DNA of 64,000 bases from Prevotella sp. UBA2711 (GTDB lineage Bacteria; Bacteroidota; Bacteroidia; Bacteroidales; Bacteroidaceae), in contig DEKX01000037.1 of NCBI GenBank assembly GCA_002354095.1, positions 66,525-130,524 on the forward strand. Direction: 5' to 3'. The translations under genes and the position numbers were made by a program. Each line of letters starts with the position of its first letter. Positions within the stretch are counted from its first letter, which is position 1. The notes beneath the pieces are model-generated. The model was not told the origin of the DNA, made no database searches, and saw nothing but the letters and a program-made list of their open reading frames with translations. This document shows, in pieces, positions 51,210 to 60,635 of this stretch.

Positions 51210-53669
51210 CTACAACATAATAGTACCTGTTTTGTGGAACAAAGCCTTCTGACTGCCCTTCTCTTCGCAAATTTTCTCTATCAGATGGTCGCGACACAGG
51301 CGCGTCACCTTCTTGCGAGCAGAGGCCTCACTACCCAGATTGAAGCAGCGAACGACGTCCTCGATGGTAAACTCATCAGGCAGACGATCAAAAGCCTCGT
51401 AGGTCTTCTGACGGCGCTGCACATTCACGCTGGCGTCCTTCAGCTTGTTGTCGAAATAGTTCTCGGCCATCGCACCAAAGTAGTGACGCTGACAGGCGTA
51501 TTGGATGTTCGTAATCAGCTCTGCCAGTCGCCAATCCACTTCATCCGTCTCAAACTCACCACACCAGTACTGTCCTTCCTGCTTCATCTGATCCCAGTGA
51601 CGCATCACAATAAACGGCGCAGCGAAGTTCAGGCCATGATAGGCACAGCGCTTCAGCAGCATCTCGTCAGCTTTCGAATCGTTCTCCTTGGCATCCTCCA
51701 TGCGACGTGCCGTCCAGTCATATAACTCGTCGACAATTTTGTCGACACTCAAGAGCCCCTTCGTCTTGTCCAGCTTCTCGGCCCACACCCTCAGGCGCTC
51801 GTCGCTGTCGTAGTCCACAACACTCTCGCGACTCATCATCTCAAAGTTGGTCGCAGGCAGAGGAATACAGGTCAGACGGGTTGCCAGTCCAGAACCAAAA
51901 TTCTGCTCGTTCACCATCTTCTTCAGCGCGATGGGCGTACCTGTGTAGATGAAGTTCCAAATCACGTAGAACTCCTGGAACACACTGTCTACATTCGAGT
52001 AGGCCTGACCGTCTTCCTCGTTGTGGAACGCCTTCAATTGCAGCGCCTGCTTGTCGATGTACGCGCCACCCTTCTGCAGCGACAGCGTGTTGTCCAGCTC
52101 CGTGTCGAACGTCAGCATGTGCAGCTGCATCGGTTCTCCGTCCACCTCCTCAACAGCATTCACCATGTCCTGAATAAACTGCGCATTACTGGTTCGTGCA
52201 GGGTGAATCCTAACCACCACCTTCGGCTTCTTGGGCTTCTCTTTATTGGCACCCTTCGTACGCATCTGCTCACGATAGGCATTGATCGCCTCTTTGCCAA
52301 TCTTATCAGCCGCCACGATGGGCGAAGCCAACAGTTTGAACAATCGCGTGGCAAAGCTCTTACCACTGGCAGGATCGCCAATAATCAACGTTGAATTATT
52401 CAGCCTGCGCAGCTCCTCAGGGCGATGGTAGAACCTGTAAGTACAGCGTGTCATCAAGGTCATCAGCAGACCTCCGCCTACAAACAGCGCCGCAGGATAC
52501 TGATTGCGCTTCAATCCCTTCGTAATATCCTTTATCAGCGGATACTCTTCAGCCAGAGCCTCGATCTCAGCGCCCCATTCCCACAATAGAGGGTCGATGT
52601 TTGAAGGCTGATGGCTGACATCAACTAATTTTTCACTTTTCACTATTCCCTTTTCACTCAAAATGCCACTAAGCATTTTACTCAGTCCTTTGGGTGGCTC
52701 CTTGCAGGCAGATTCCACGATGCTGCACAGTTCCTGCTCGCCCAGTCCCAGGCGAGGCATAATCTCCAAGAGCAGCTGCTTGTTGTTGTCGCAAATAGCC
52801 CTCAGGTTCACTGCCAACTGGTACAGTTTCACATTCCTCTCACCCTCCTGTGGCTCTCCACCATTCTGTTTCCACCACGCGTCAATGATCTCGCTGTACG
52901 GAATACCTTTGAATTTCTTTTCTGAACACGAATCTGTCGAATCTGACGAATCTTTTTCCTGTGCGCAGCTATTCGTGTGATTCGTGCAATTCGTGTTCGT
53001 TAAAAACTGCTCCGTGTTCGTTTCCTCCCAAGGCCTGTAGTGTTTGTTAGCCTTCTTCGCTCCAGCAGGCACTTGTTCCTGTTTCCTCATCACGCGTACC
53101 TTCAGCAGATTATACTCTTTCTCGCACTCCTCTGCCGTCATGGGTTCCTCGAAGAGGCAATCGTCCAGATAAGGCAGGTCTTCCTCACTGCCGCTGGTCG
53201 AGAATACCACCCGCTGCAAGTCCTTCGCGCTTGTGTCCATTTCCACTTTCAGAATCGTTGCCACGCGCACCTGATTCTCCAGTATTGTAGTGCCCCTGCG
53301 GCGCTCACAGACCAAGTGCCAACCTCCACTGGCCGAACGTTCGAGCATCTTCAGACCAATCTCGTCCCTTTTGCTAAGAATCAGTTCCTTCAGCTGTTGT
53401 GAGTGTTCTTTATCGTAGCAGTCTACATCGTGAAAGAAGTAACTGCCGATGTTATTACAGCCTGCAATCTGGCCATTCACATGACCTATGTTATAAGCCA
53501 GTTGCAGCAAGGCGGCCTTAGCCTTCTCGTCGCCCTGACGCGCCTTGTTCAGGTTTTCCAAATTCTGTTGCGAGCTGCGCAGCGCCATCAACTCGTCACG
53601 GTTCTTTACAGGGTGGGCAAACTTTCGCTTGTCCTTACCCTTGCATAAATATTCAATCCTGTATATCAT
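51210..53669 (-). CDS. Primase/helicase-like replication protein (VirE-N/BT4734-like + PriCT-like + DUF3987-like)
   Basis: HDVD...RSASGGWH primase-like region, GERNVKLYQLA helical domain, Walker A IIGDPASGKS, HTH-like C-terminus. Confidence 0.7.
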   Translation of the reverse strand: MIYRIEYLCKGKDKRKFAHPVKNRDELMALRSSQQNLENLNKARQGDEKAKAALLQLAYNIGHVNGQIAGCNNIGSYFFHDVDCYDKEHSQQLKELILSKRDEIGLKMLERSASGGWHLVCERRRGTTILENQVRVATILKVEMDTSAKDLQRVVFSTSGSEEDLPYLDDCLFEEPMTAEECEKEYNLLKVRVMRKQEQVPAGAKKANKHYRPWEETNTEQFLTNTNCTNHTNSCAQEKDSSDSTDSCSEKKFKGIPYSEIIDAWWKQNGGEPQEGERNVKLYQLAVNLRAICDNNKQLLLEIMPRLGLGEQELCSIVESACKEPPKGLSKMLSGILSEKGIVKSEKLVDVSHQPSNIDPLLWEWGAEIEALAEEYPLIKDITKGLKRNQYPAALFVGGGLLMTLMTRCTYRFYHRPEELRRLNNSTLIIGDPASGKSFATRLFKLLASPIVAADKIGKEAINAYREQMRTKGANKEKPKKPKVVVRIHPARTSNAQFIQDMVNAVEEVDGEPMQLHMLTFDTELDNTLSLQKGGAYIDKQALQLKAFHNEEDGQAYSNVDSVFQEFYVIWNFIYTGTPIALKKMVNEQNFGSGLATRLTCIPLPATNFEMMSRESVVDYDSDERLRVWAEKLDKTKGLLSVDKIVDELYDWTARRMEDAKENDSKADEMLLKRCAYHGLNFAAPFIVMRHWDQMKQEGQYWCGEFETDEVDWRLAELITNIQYACQRHYFGAMAENYFDNKLKDASVNVQRRQKTYEAFDRLPDEFTIEDVVRCFNLGSEASARKKVTRLCRDHLIEKICEEKGSQKALFHKTGTIML

Positions 53670-53674
53670 ACTGT

Positions 53675-53764
53675 CTACAGTGTTTGAAGGTCAGTAATAT
53701 AGAACATATTCTCATGGCGCTCAGCGTATGCGCCCACCGCAATAATTGTTACTAATGCTTCCAT
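53675..53764 (-). CDS. 29-aa small ORF
   Basis: MEALVTIIAVGAYAERHENMFYITDLQTL*; A-rich leader; fills the gap between neighbours. Confidence 0.45.
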   Translation of the reverse strand: MEALVTIIAVGAYAERHENMFYITDLQTL

Positions 53765-53785
53765 GTCGCTTTTAAATTATTAGGT

Positions 53786-54118
53786 TTAACAAAACTCGAT
53801 GAGGTCCAGTTCTTGTTCAATTAGGGCGTTCTTCGCATCCTGGTTGTGCTCATTGAGCAGCTCGATGACCTGCGCCGTGCAGGAATCCTTCGGAAAACTG
53901 CCGAACACCTTGATGCGCTCCATCGACTCCTTCACCCATCCCCACGGCAACTTCTTCACCATGCGGTCCTTCTCGCGCACTCGCGGCTGGCGGTTATACG
54001 CCTTGAAGGTTAAACGACCTGTGTTCTCGTCCACATACAGAACACCTTCCACTCGCTTGCCTGCGATGAGCTTTGTCATCAGCTCCAGGGCATCCAAAAT
54101 AAAAATGTACTTTTTCAT
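53786..54118 (-). CDS. Hypothetical protein, 110 aa
   Basis: Clean ORF co-oriented in the cassette. Confidence 0.7.
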   Translation of the reverse strand: MKKYIFILDALELMTKLIAGKRVEGVLYVDENTGRLTFKAYNRQPRVREKDRMVKKLPWGWVKESMERIKVFGSFPKDSCTAQVIELLNEHNQDAKNALIEQELDLIEFC

Positions 54119-54222
54119 AATCGATTCGAATTAGTGAGCTTTGGAAAGCGGGTTTTAGTTTGAGCTCAATTCGTACGTACACATTTCCACGCTCATCCTC
54201 CGACTCGGTTATTTTAAAATTG

Positions 54223-54492
54223 TTATTTGATAATTATTTCCTGCGTTCCCCTTTGGCGGACCACGCCACCGTTTTGCAGTCCGGCATTCTTCAGTCCGTC
54301 ACACATCTGCCAGTGGCGGCAACAGAACTGCTGACGTACCTTCAACTGCATTTTCTTACACGTACGCTCGCCGTCGTTCTCTACTTCCTTAAACTGGCAC
54401 GAGGCACACATCTTCTTCACTGTGATGCCATAGGCATTCACGCTAACTTCTGAATGTTTCATTGTTTGAAATCTAATTTGTTCTAACATCAT
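54223..54492 (-). CDS. Small Cys-rich, probably zinc-binding protein
   Basis: CASC..C..CC..W pattern; first gene below the -7 box at 54532-54539. Confidence 0.7.
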   Translation of the reverse strand: MMLEQIRFQTMKHSEVSVNAYGITVKKMCASCQFKEVENDGERTCKKMQLKVRQQFCCRHWQMCDGLKNAGLQNGGVVRQRGTQEIIIK

Positions 54493-54551
54493 TTTACCTG
54501 TTTAAGAATCCTTCATTTCTGATTACGCTGGCAAAGATAGAACAAAAAAAA

Positions 54552-54580
54552 GTGACGTACCTTACGAAAAAGTACGTCAC
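54552..54580. promoter_or_regulatory. Perfect 9-bp inverted repeat over the upstream promoter region
   Basis: GTGACGTAC-N11-GTACGTCAC. Confidence 0.65.
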
Positions 54581-54635
54581 GAACAAATCCCCGAACACAG
54601 GAACAAATAACCGAACAACTACCCGAAAACTAAAC

Positions 54636-55100
54636 CTAAGTAGCCTTGAAAATATTCAAAAATCGCTTACCGACATTGATTCTTCGCTTAGCCTCCGTCG
54701 TGTCACAATCAACGAATGTCCAGTCAGGGAAACGACCCGTAAAGGTGTTTTGCTTCTTGTTGATGCTGTCTTCCGACGGCAGGCGCTCAACGTCCGCCGC
54801 TTTCAGATAGGCGATAAACGATGCCGGCGTATTGAAATAAGGCATGTCGTTAGTATGATTCATCACCTCCATCACCCACGTATAGTCATACAAATACTTC
54901 AGCACGCCCTCGTCCCACAATCCCTGCACAGCCATCCCTACGCGCACGTCGGTTGCTGCCGTGTTATCGTCGCCGGTCTCTCTGATGCAGTCATTCGTCT
55001 CATCCACATGCACCTCTCCCTTATCGATACAGAGGTTTACCACCTTGTTGTCATGGACATCGATATACGACCCCTGTACATAAACCTTATTCCCTGCCAT
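54636..55100 (-). CDS. Hypothetical protein, 154 aa
   Basis: Clean ORF overlapping the upstream gene's end. Confidence 0.75.
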   Translation of the reverse strand: MAGNKVYVQGSYIDVHDNKVVNLCIDKGEVHVDETNDCIRETGDDNTAATDVRVGMAVQGLWDEGVLKYLYDYTWVMEVMNHTNDMPYFNTPASFIAYLKAADVERLPSEDSINKKQNTFTGRFPDWTFVDCDTTEAKRRINVGKRFLNIFKAT

Positions 55101-55377
55101 AGCTCACCATATTATTATTGTGAATATCGTTGTAGTTGCCAGCCACCTGCAGCACATGCACCTCCGTCGTCTGTCGCCGCAATGACTCGTTCTCGTTCCT
55201 TAGCCTTTCGTTCTCGGACATCACCTCCGTCACAGCATCAATAGCATGGAAGAATCCATCCATCAACTCGGCTTTCTCCATCATTTGCTCGCGCTCCCGT
55301 TCGAGCGCACGACGCGCATCGCGTGTCGCCTCCTTCATCTCTTCAGCATTCCATCTTTGTTTCATGATGTTTCTCAT
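55087..55377 (-). CDS. Hypothetical coiled-coil protein, 96 aa
   Basis: ERERE/ENERLRNENESLR heptads; below the -7 box at 55447-55454. Confidence 0.7.
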   Translation of the reverse strand: MRNIMKQRWNAEEMKEATRDARRALEREREQMMEKAELMDGFFHAIDAVTEVMSENERLRNENESLRRQTTEVHVLQVAGNYNDIHNNNMVSYGRE

Positions 55378-55455
55378 TTTAATTATTTTTAGTTATACAT
55401 TATATGATTGCCAAGGCATAGCATCCTGTCTTTTGCAATTCAAATGCAAAAATAA

Positions 55456-55490
55456 TAGTAGGGTGTACTATAAGTCAGGACACCCTACTA
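55456..55490. promoter_or_regulatory. Perfect 11-bp inverted repeat abutting the -7 box
   Basis: TAGTAGGGTGT-N13-ACACCCTACTA. Confidence 0.7.
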
Positions 55491-55519
55491 AACTTTAACC
55501 TCTTTTAAGATTTTAATCC

Positions 55520-55605
55520 CTTAACCGTTAACTGTTAACCCTTAACCCTTAACCGTTATATGTCCTTCAGCCTTCATCCATCAGACATCTTACATCAAAC
55601 ATCCT
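55520..55605. repeat. Two adjacent heptamer arrays downstream of hsdR
   Basis: STTAACY x5 (55520-55554), then ccttcag/ccatcag/acatctt-type x6 (55564-55605). Confidence 0.8.
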
Positions 55606-55625
55606 CAGTACCAGCCCCTGGTGTC

Positions 55626-58600
55626 TCATGCCGTTATTGAAATAACCTGATGGATTTCTTTGACGAAATTCTTTAGGCTGACAAAATTATCTCCAAAGGT
55701 ACCTCGCCAATTATATGCCTTTAATGGATACTCCATGAAGTTCCTAACCTCTATATCGCCATTTACGCTAACATAGTCGAGAATATTCTTCAGGTATCTT
55801 TCTTGTTCTGACGTCAGGTTGTTGTCGTTGATAAACTTCTGATATATCTGGAGGGCTTTCTTTCTGTCTATGCCATTGACGACACGGATGAATGCAGCCA
55901 CATTTGTTTTATATGGATGTCCCTCTGCCAGTTCGTCAAACTCTTCACGACTGCCAAGTTCTTCAAAGAATACTCGCTCCAGTTCTGCGAAATCCGCTGG
56001 TGTCAACTGCTCAAACTGCTGTATCTTCTGAAGTGTAGGATTACCTGTATTTTGTGCCAGATAATCTACCACTCTTTGCTTGTAAGAAGTACGGATAACA
56101 GGATCTTCTTCACCCTCTTCTATCAGGTATGGGTCTTCAATGTCAATAATAAACTTCTCTTTCTTTCTGGCCTCTTCAAGCAGCTTTATCAAGTCTCTCA
56201 GTTCTGTCCTTACGCTTTCAAGACTGTCAAGGCTCTCATTCGCCCAGAATGGTGGTTGCTGAACCTCTCGGATGGTGTCTAAATGCTTCATCACAGCAGG
56301 TATTGAGCCCTTCTTTTCCAGATGGGCAGCAACATTTACTACAACCTGCCTATACTGTCCCACACGAACTGTAGAGTCGATATGAGCCAACTGCAGATGA
56401 AGCATGATGACGTCGAATTTCTTGGCAGATTCATCATCATCATCTTGTGGTATCAGCTTCCCTATTTCCTTCAGGCGCAAAACATCTACCTCTGAGAGAT
56501 ATGTCCATTTTTCCTTGTCTCGGAATGGCTCTATGATGTTCCAATATGGGCGAGCATCCTTTCGCTCCTTCACAATGCCGTTTACCTGTTGGTGCAACAG
56601 CACCTTCAGGTCGTCATGCATCTTCTTGTCAAAAGCCTTCTCCTGATGCTCGGCACTTTGCAGTTCCTTTGCTATGTCCAGTCGCAGAGAGAAGAGTCTT
56701 TCTGTCAATGACTTGCTGTTTGAAGCATCTATGCCATCAGGTTTCTTTGAGAAATAATCGAAGTTGCCACACCAGTCAAAGATATAGAAGCATTCCTTGT
56801 CCTTACCCTCTCCGAAGATGTTAGGACAAAGGCGAGTTCCTCGACCTATCATCTGCTCAAACTTGATCTTCGACTTCACAATCTTGAAGAAGACCAGATT
56901 CAATACTTCTGGCACATCAATACCAGTGTCAAGCATATCCACACTGACAGCTATCTGAGGCATGCTTTCTGCAACCTTGAATTTTGCTATCAGCTTATCA
57001 TGATAGTTCACCTGATTGTCTATCAACTGGCAATAGTCTGCCCCACGATTGGGGAATAGTGCATGGAAGCGTTCCACTATTCTCTCAGCATGCTTGTGAT
57101 TATAGGCAAAGATGATCGTCTTTCCTATATCTTCGCCACTCTTAATCTTCAAGCCGTTCTCCATCAGTTCTGACAATACATTGTCTATCGTATCGTCATT
57201 GATGAGGTAACGGAATATCTCGTTTCCTTCTATGTCACGATGGTATTCCGCATTGGGGTCAATGCCCTTCAGCATCTTCTCGTAGTCCCACACTTTTTCC
57301 AGTTCCTCGCGCTGTTCTGGAGTCAGTTCGTCATACTTGATGCCCCTATTTATCATCTTCGAGAAATGACGCTTTGCCTTGTAAGCCACAAGGTATCCAT
57401 CATTAACTGCCTCGTCAAAGGTATATTCAAAGTTCGGCTCATTCTCCAGCTCCAGCAATCGGAAGGTATTCTTGTCTATCTCGTCACGAGGTGTTGCTGT
57501 CAGACCTATCAACAACGAATCAAAGTATTGGAAGATGGCTCCATACTTTCCAAATACCGATCTGTGGGCCTCATCTATGATGATCAGGTCAAAATGTCCT
57601 ACGCTGAACTTCACATCATACTCATTGATGTAGTTGATCATCGTCTGGTAGGTGGAGAAAATGAATCGAGCCTCTAAGTCTGGCTCATCATCGTCTGACA
57701 GTGATGCCATCGACTCACTGGGCAACAGCTTTTCGAAATTGCCCCTTGCCTGACCAACCAATTCTGTTCTGTCGGCAAGGAACAACACATGCTTTATCCA
57801 GTCGTTATTTGACAGCACCTTGCAAAGCGAAATGCTCACTCGCGTCTTTCCTGTACCAGTGGCCAGCACCAGCAATCCACGACGATGCTTCATGTTGAGC
57901 CATTCCACCAGGCTCTTGATGGCAGTCTTCTGATAAGGTCTGTCAGTAATTGTCTCGTCTATGGTCATGTCCTTGATGTCAGCCCTGCCACGTTTCTGCA
58001 TGATATATTCCAGGTCGTCATGACTATGGAATGAGATGACTTCTCTGTCAGGATATCCCAAGCCGTCAATCACCTTGGTGACATAACCATTGGTATAGTA
58101 TATGACAGGTCGGATACCATATTTCTTTTCCAGACAGTCAGCATACAGTATGGCCTGCGCTCTGCCTTTTCCTGCATTCTGTATGGTACTCTTGGCCTCT
58201 ACGACTGCCAAAGGTTTTCCACCTCTGCTAAACAGTACATAGTCGCAATAGCCCTTACCGCTTGGATTGGGCATGCCTTCCACCTCAACCTCAATGCAAG
58301 CCTTTCCACCTTGTATGTCGCCCTTTACTGTCAGGATGTCCCACTTTGCTTCATTCAGCATATAGTCAATGAGACACCTTCTTGTCACTGCCTCGCTGGC
58401 AAGCGACTCCTTTGGCGTTTCTACAGGCTTTACAGGATTGTCTATCACCTCCTTGGGAACGCTGTCAACAACCTCTTGCGACACTTGTGGCTCAGGAGAT
58501 GTTAACACCTGCATTCCAGGCAGCACCTGTGGCACCAAAGTGGCGTCAAAGGCTACGATGTTCTTTATCGCCTTCCAACGATACAGAAAGCCCTCCACTA

Positions 58601-58967
58601 CATAGAATAGAGCCCTCAAGCAGATGAAGGCATCATTCTTCTTGATCTCTTGTGTCCCTGTATGAGAAGCATAGTTGCCAAACTTCTTGACGGTATAGAT
58701 ATTCTTCTGAAACTCCCAGTCATAGTTGATGAAGGCATCCATCTCCGGATGCTTCAGCATATCGTTAAGTGATTCCTTCTGCTCCACCGTGGCTGATGCC
58801 ATAGCCAGATGGTGCCTTACCAGCCATTCCAATGCCTTACGGGCATTAGTAGCAGACTCCTCTGGGTAAGAGTTCTGAAATATTTCTGCCTTATCGCAAT
58901 ACGCATGCAGTTTGCTGAAGCTCGGAATATGCTGAGCTAATAGTTGGATAAAGTCGAAATTCTTCAT
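55626..58967 (-). CDS. hsdR: Type I restriction endonuclease subunit R (EcoAI/EcoEI-like)
   Basis: DYVL..VVEAK nuclease motif, LATGTGKT, DEAHRS, GLTATP, MLDTGIDVP, QMIGRGTR. Confidence 0.95.
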   Translation of the reverse strand: MKNFDFIQLLAQHIPSFSKLHAYCDKAEIFQNSYPEESATNARKALEWLVRHHLAMASATVEQKESLNDMLKHPEMDAFINYDWEFQKNIYTVKKFGNYASHTGTQEIKKNDAFICLRALFYVVEGFLYRWKAIKNIVAFDATLVPQVLPGMQVLTSPEPQVSQEVVDSVPKEVIDNPVKPVETPKESLASEAVTRRCLIDYMLNEAKWDILTVKGDIQGGKACIEVEVEGMPNPSGKGYCDYVLFSRGGKPLAVVEAKSTIQNAGKGRAQAILYADCLEKKYGIRPVIYYTNGYVTKVIDGLGYPDREVISFHSHDDLEYIMQKRGRADIKDMTIDETITDRPYQKTAIKSLVEWLNMKHRRGLLVLATGTGKTRVSISLCKVLSNNDWIKHVLFLADRTELVGQARGNFEKLLPSESMASLSDDDEPDLEARFIFSTYQTMINYINEYDVKFSVGHFDLIIIDEAHRSVFGKYGAIFQYFDSLLIGLTATPRDEIDKNTFRLLELENEPNFEYTFDEAVNDGYLVAYKAKRHFSKMINRGIKYDELTPEQREELEKVWDYEKMLKGIDPNAEYHRDIEGNEIFRYLINDDTIDNVLSELMENGLKIKSGEDIGKTIIFAYNHKHAERIVERFHALFPNRGADYCQLIDNQVNYHDKLIAKFKVAESMPQIAVSVDMLDTGIDVPEVLNLVFFKIVKSKIKFEQMIGRGTRLCPNIFGEGKDKECFYIFDWCGNFDYFSKKPDGIDASNSKSLTERLFSLRLDIAKELQSAEHQEKAFDKKMHDDLKVLLHQQVNGIVKERKDARPYWNIIEPFRDKEKWTYLSEVDVLRLKEIGKLIPQDDDDESAKKFDVIMLHLQLAHIDSTVRVGQYRQVVVNVAAHLEKKGSIPAVMKHLDTIREVQQPPFWANESLDSLESVRTELRDLIKLLEEARKKEKFIIDIEDPYLIEEGEEDPVIRTSYKQRVVDYLAQNTGNPTLQKIQQFEQLTPADFAELERVFFEELGSREEFDELAEGHPYKTNVAAFIRVVNGIDRKKALQIYQKFINDNNLTSEQERYLKNILDYVSVNGDIEVRNFMEYPLKAYNWRGTFGDNFVSLKNFVKEIHQVISITA

Positions 58968-59004
58968 ATCACTTAATTTTTAGTCAAACCATCACTTAAC
59001 GTTT

Positions 59005-60147
59005 TCATTCAAACCAATACTGCATTCTTGATGCAAGCAATGTTTCTAGGTCTTTTATCGTAGAACTGATTTGCGCCTTCTGCTGCTCAATCAACTCTAT
59101 CCTCTTTGCAAATTCTTGCTGAAGGGAGAGAGGAGGGATAATTATTTTGGTCTTTTTGATTTCTCCTAAATGCAAATTGGGAACACCAATACCTTTTAAT
59201 GAGTCATCAAATTGTTGTTTTGTATATGGATTATTAATTGCATAATGCAAATACTCAGGCATATTGTTTGTTTTAGGTCTTAACAAAGCTAAACTTACAT
59301 AAATATCAAATATATCATCGGTATCTACTACAGCACATATACCCGTTGTCCCATTTTTACACAACAGTATATCCCCACGTTTGGGAGCTATTCTTTTGTG
59401 TAATTCGCTATGAAGCTCATAAGGAATAAATTTAATGTTTCCCCAATCAATATAGCCGCTTACGACATCCTTAGCAGATAAAAATTTGACACCATTAATT
59501 TTATCTTCTGTATATTGGGGAGTCTGATGAGTTCCATCTTTTATAAATTCACAAGTGTCGTTCAATGTTTGTACCGAGAATGCTGTATTATGTAAATCTC
59601 CAAACATATCATAGAATATGCTTTGAGCAAGAGCATCAAGGTCACTCAACTGAGCCTTCTTCAGACTTATCAGCTCATTTATCTTATCCAACTCAGAAAC
59701 AATAGATTGCTGCTCAGAGAGAGGGGGAACGGGAAACTCTACGCTATTAAGTTTTTTTGCAGATAGATGTTTGACCGTTACGAATGGCGTTTCATCTTCT
59801 ATGTGTTTTAGAATAATCTGCATCTGATAATAGATAAACCTTTCCAACATAGTACTATCAGCTGCATATATTTTGCACACTCGTTGATTTAACAAAGCCT
59901 TTTCAGATTTCCAAGGCGCTATATTAAATTCGCCATCCATTCCAATGAGAAGGTCACCATTTTCAACATAATATCCTTCAGGAATAGCTCCTTTGTAATA
60001 CGTTTCAGAATAGCCTCGAACGACGTCTCTTATTCTTATCAATTGTGGATAATTGTCGTCTTCGCAAAAGAAAGAAGAATCAAACGCAAATCCATATTGA
60101 ATCCCGCAAACCTCTCCCAATTTCTTATATGTCCACCCTTCTCTCAT
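59005..60147 (-). CDS. hsdS: Type I R-M specificity subunit
   Basis: Two TRDs with conserved PVPPLSEQQSIV and IIPPLSLQQEF spacers; visibly AT-richer than flanks. Confidence 0.93.
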   Translation of the reverse strand: MREGWTYKKLGEVCGIQYGFAFDSSFFCEDDNYPQLIRIRDVVRGYSETYYKGAIPEGYYVENGDLLIGMDGEFNIAPWKSEKALLNQRVCKIYAADSTMLERFIYYQMQIILKHIEDETPFVTVKHLSAKKLNSVEFPVPPLSEQQSIVSELDKINELISLKKAQLSDLDALAQSIFYDMFGDLHNTAFSVQTLNDTCEFIKDGTHQTPQYTEDKINGVKFLSAKDVVSGYIDWGNIKFIPYELHSELHKRIAPKRGDILLCKNGTTGICAVVDTDDIFDIYVSLALLRPKTNNMPEYLHYAINNPYTKQQFDDSLKGIGVPNLHLGEIKKTKIIIPPLSLQQEFAKRIELIEQQKAQISSTIKDLETLLASRMQYWFE

Positions 60148-60635
60148 TCTGTATCTCCGTTGGTTTCTTTAAACTCTGCAATCCACTCTCTCACTTTTGC
60201 CTGCAACAAATCCTTGTCTGGCAAATAGAGTTGATATTGCGTAGCATAAATATTCGTCAACACTGCTGACGAATTTGACAAACACTGTTTACCAATTTCC
60301 TTTTGAATTGGGTAACCACTGTTTACCGAATTTGAATAAACCATAAAGAAACGTCTGCACAACTTAAGCGTTTCTTCAGACCATCCATTTCCAAAACGCG
60401 CAGAAAGCCTGTTGGACAAGGTTTTCAGTACCTGTTTTCCATATTCAGCACGTGCCTTACCCTGCTGTTCGTCTTCAACAATATATTGTCCAATGTGGAA
60501 TTTGGTATAAACCTCTGCCACATTGATTGTCGTAGCAACATGTTTGCGAGCCTGATTTATCAGTGCAGATACCTTCTCAAAGAGGGCATCTATACGAGCT
60601 GTTTCTTGTATTTCGTTCTTCTGTGCCATCATCAT
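60144..60635 (-). pseudogene. YhcG/DUF1016-family gene with an in-frame internal deletion (nuclease domain missing)
   Basis: DUF1016 N-terminus (IGQYIVEDEQQG..RAEYG..LS..L..RFG.GWS) joined directly to the family tail IYATQYQLYLP; only 163 aa. Confidence 0.75.

Noticed and set aside
54119-54222. GAGCT/AGCTC stems between two cassette genes, possible ncRNA
   Set aside because: Short stems only; cannot be distinguished from chance without covariation data.
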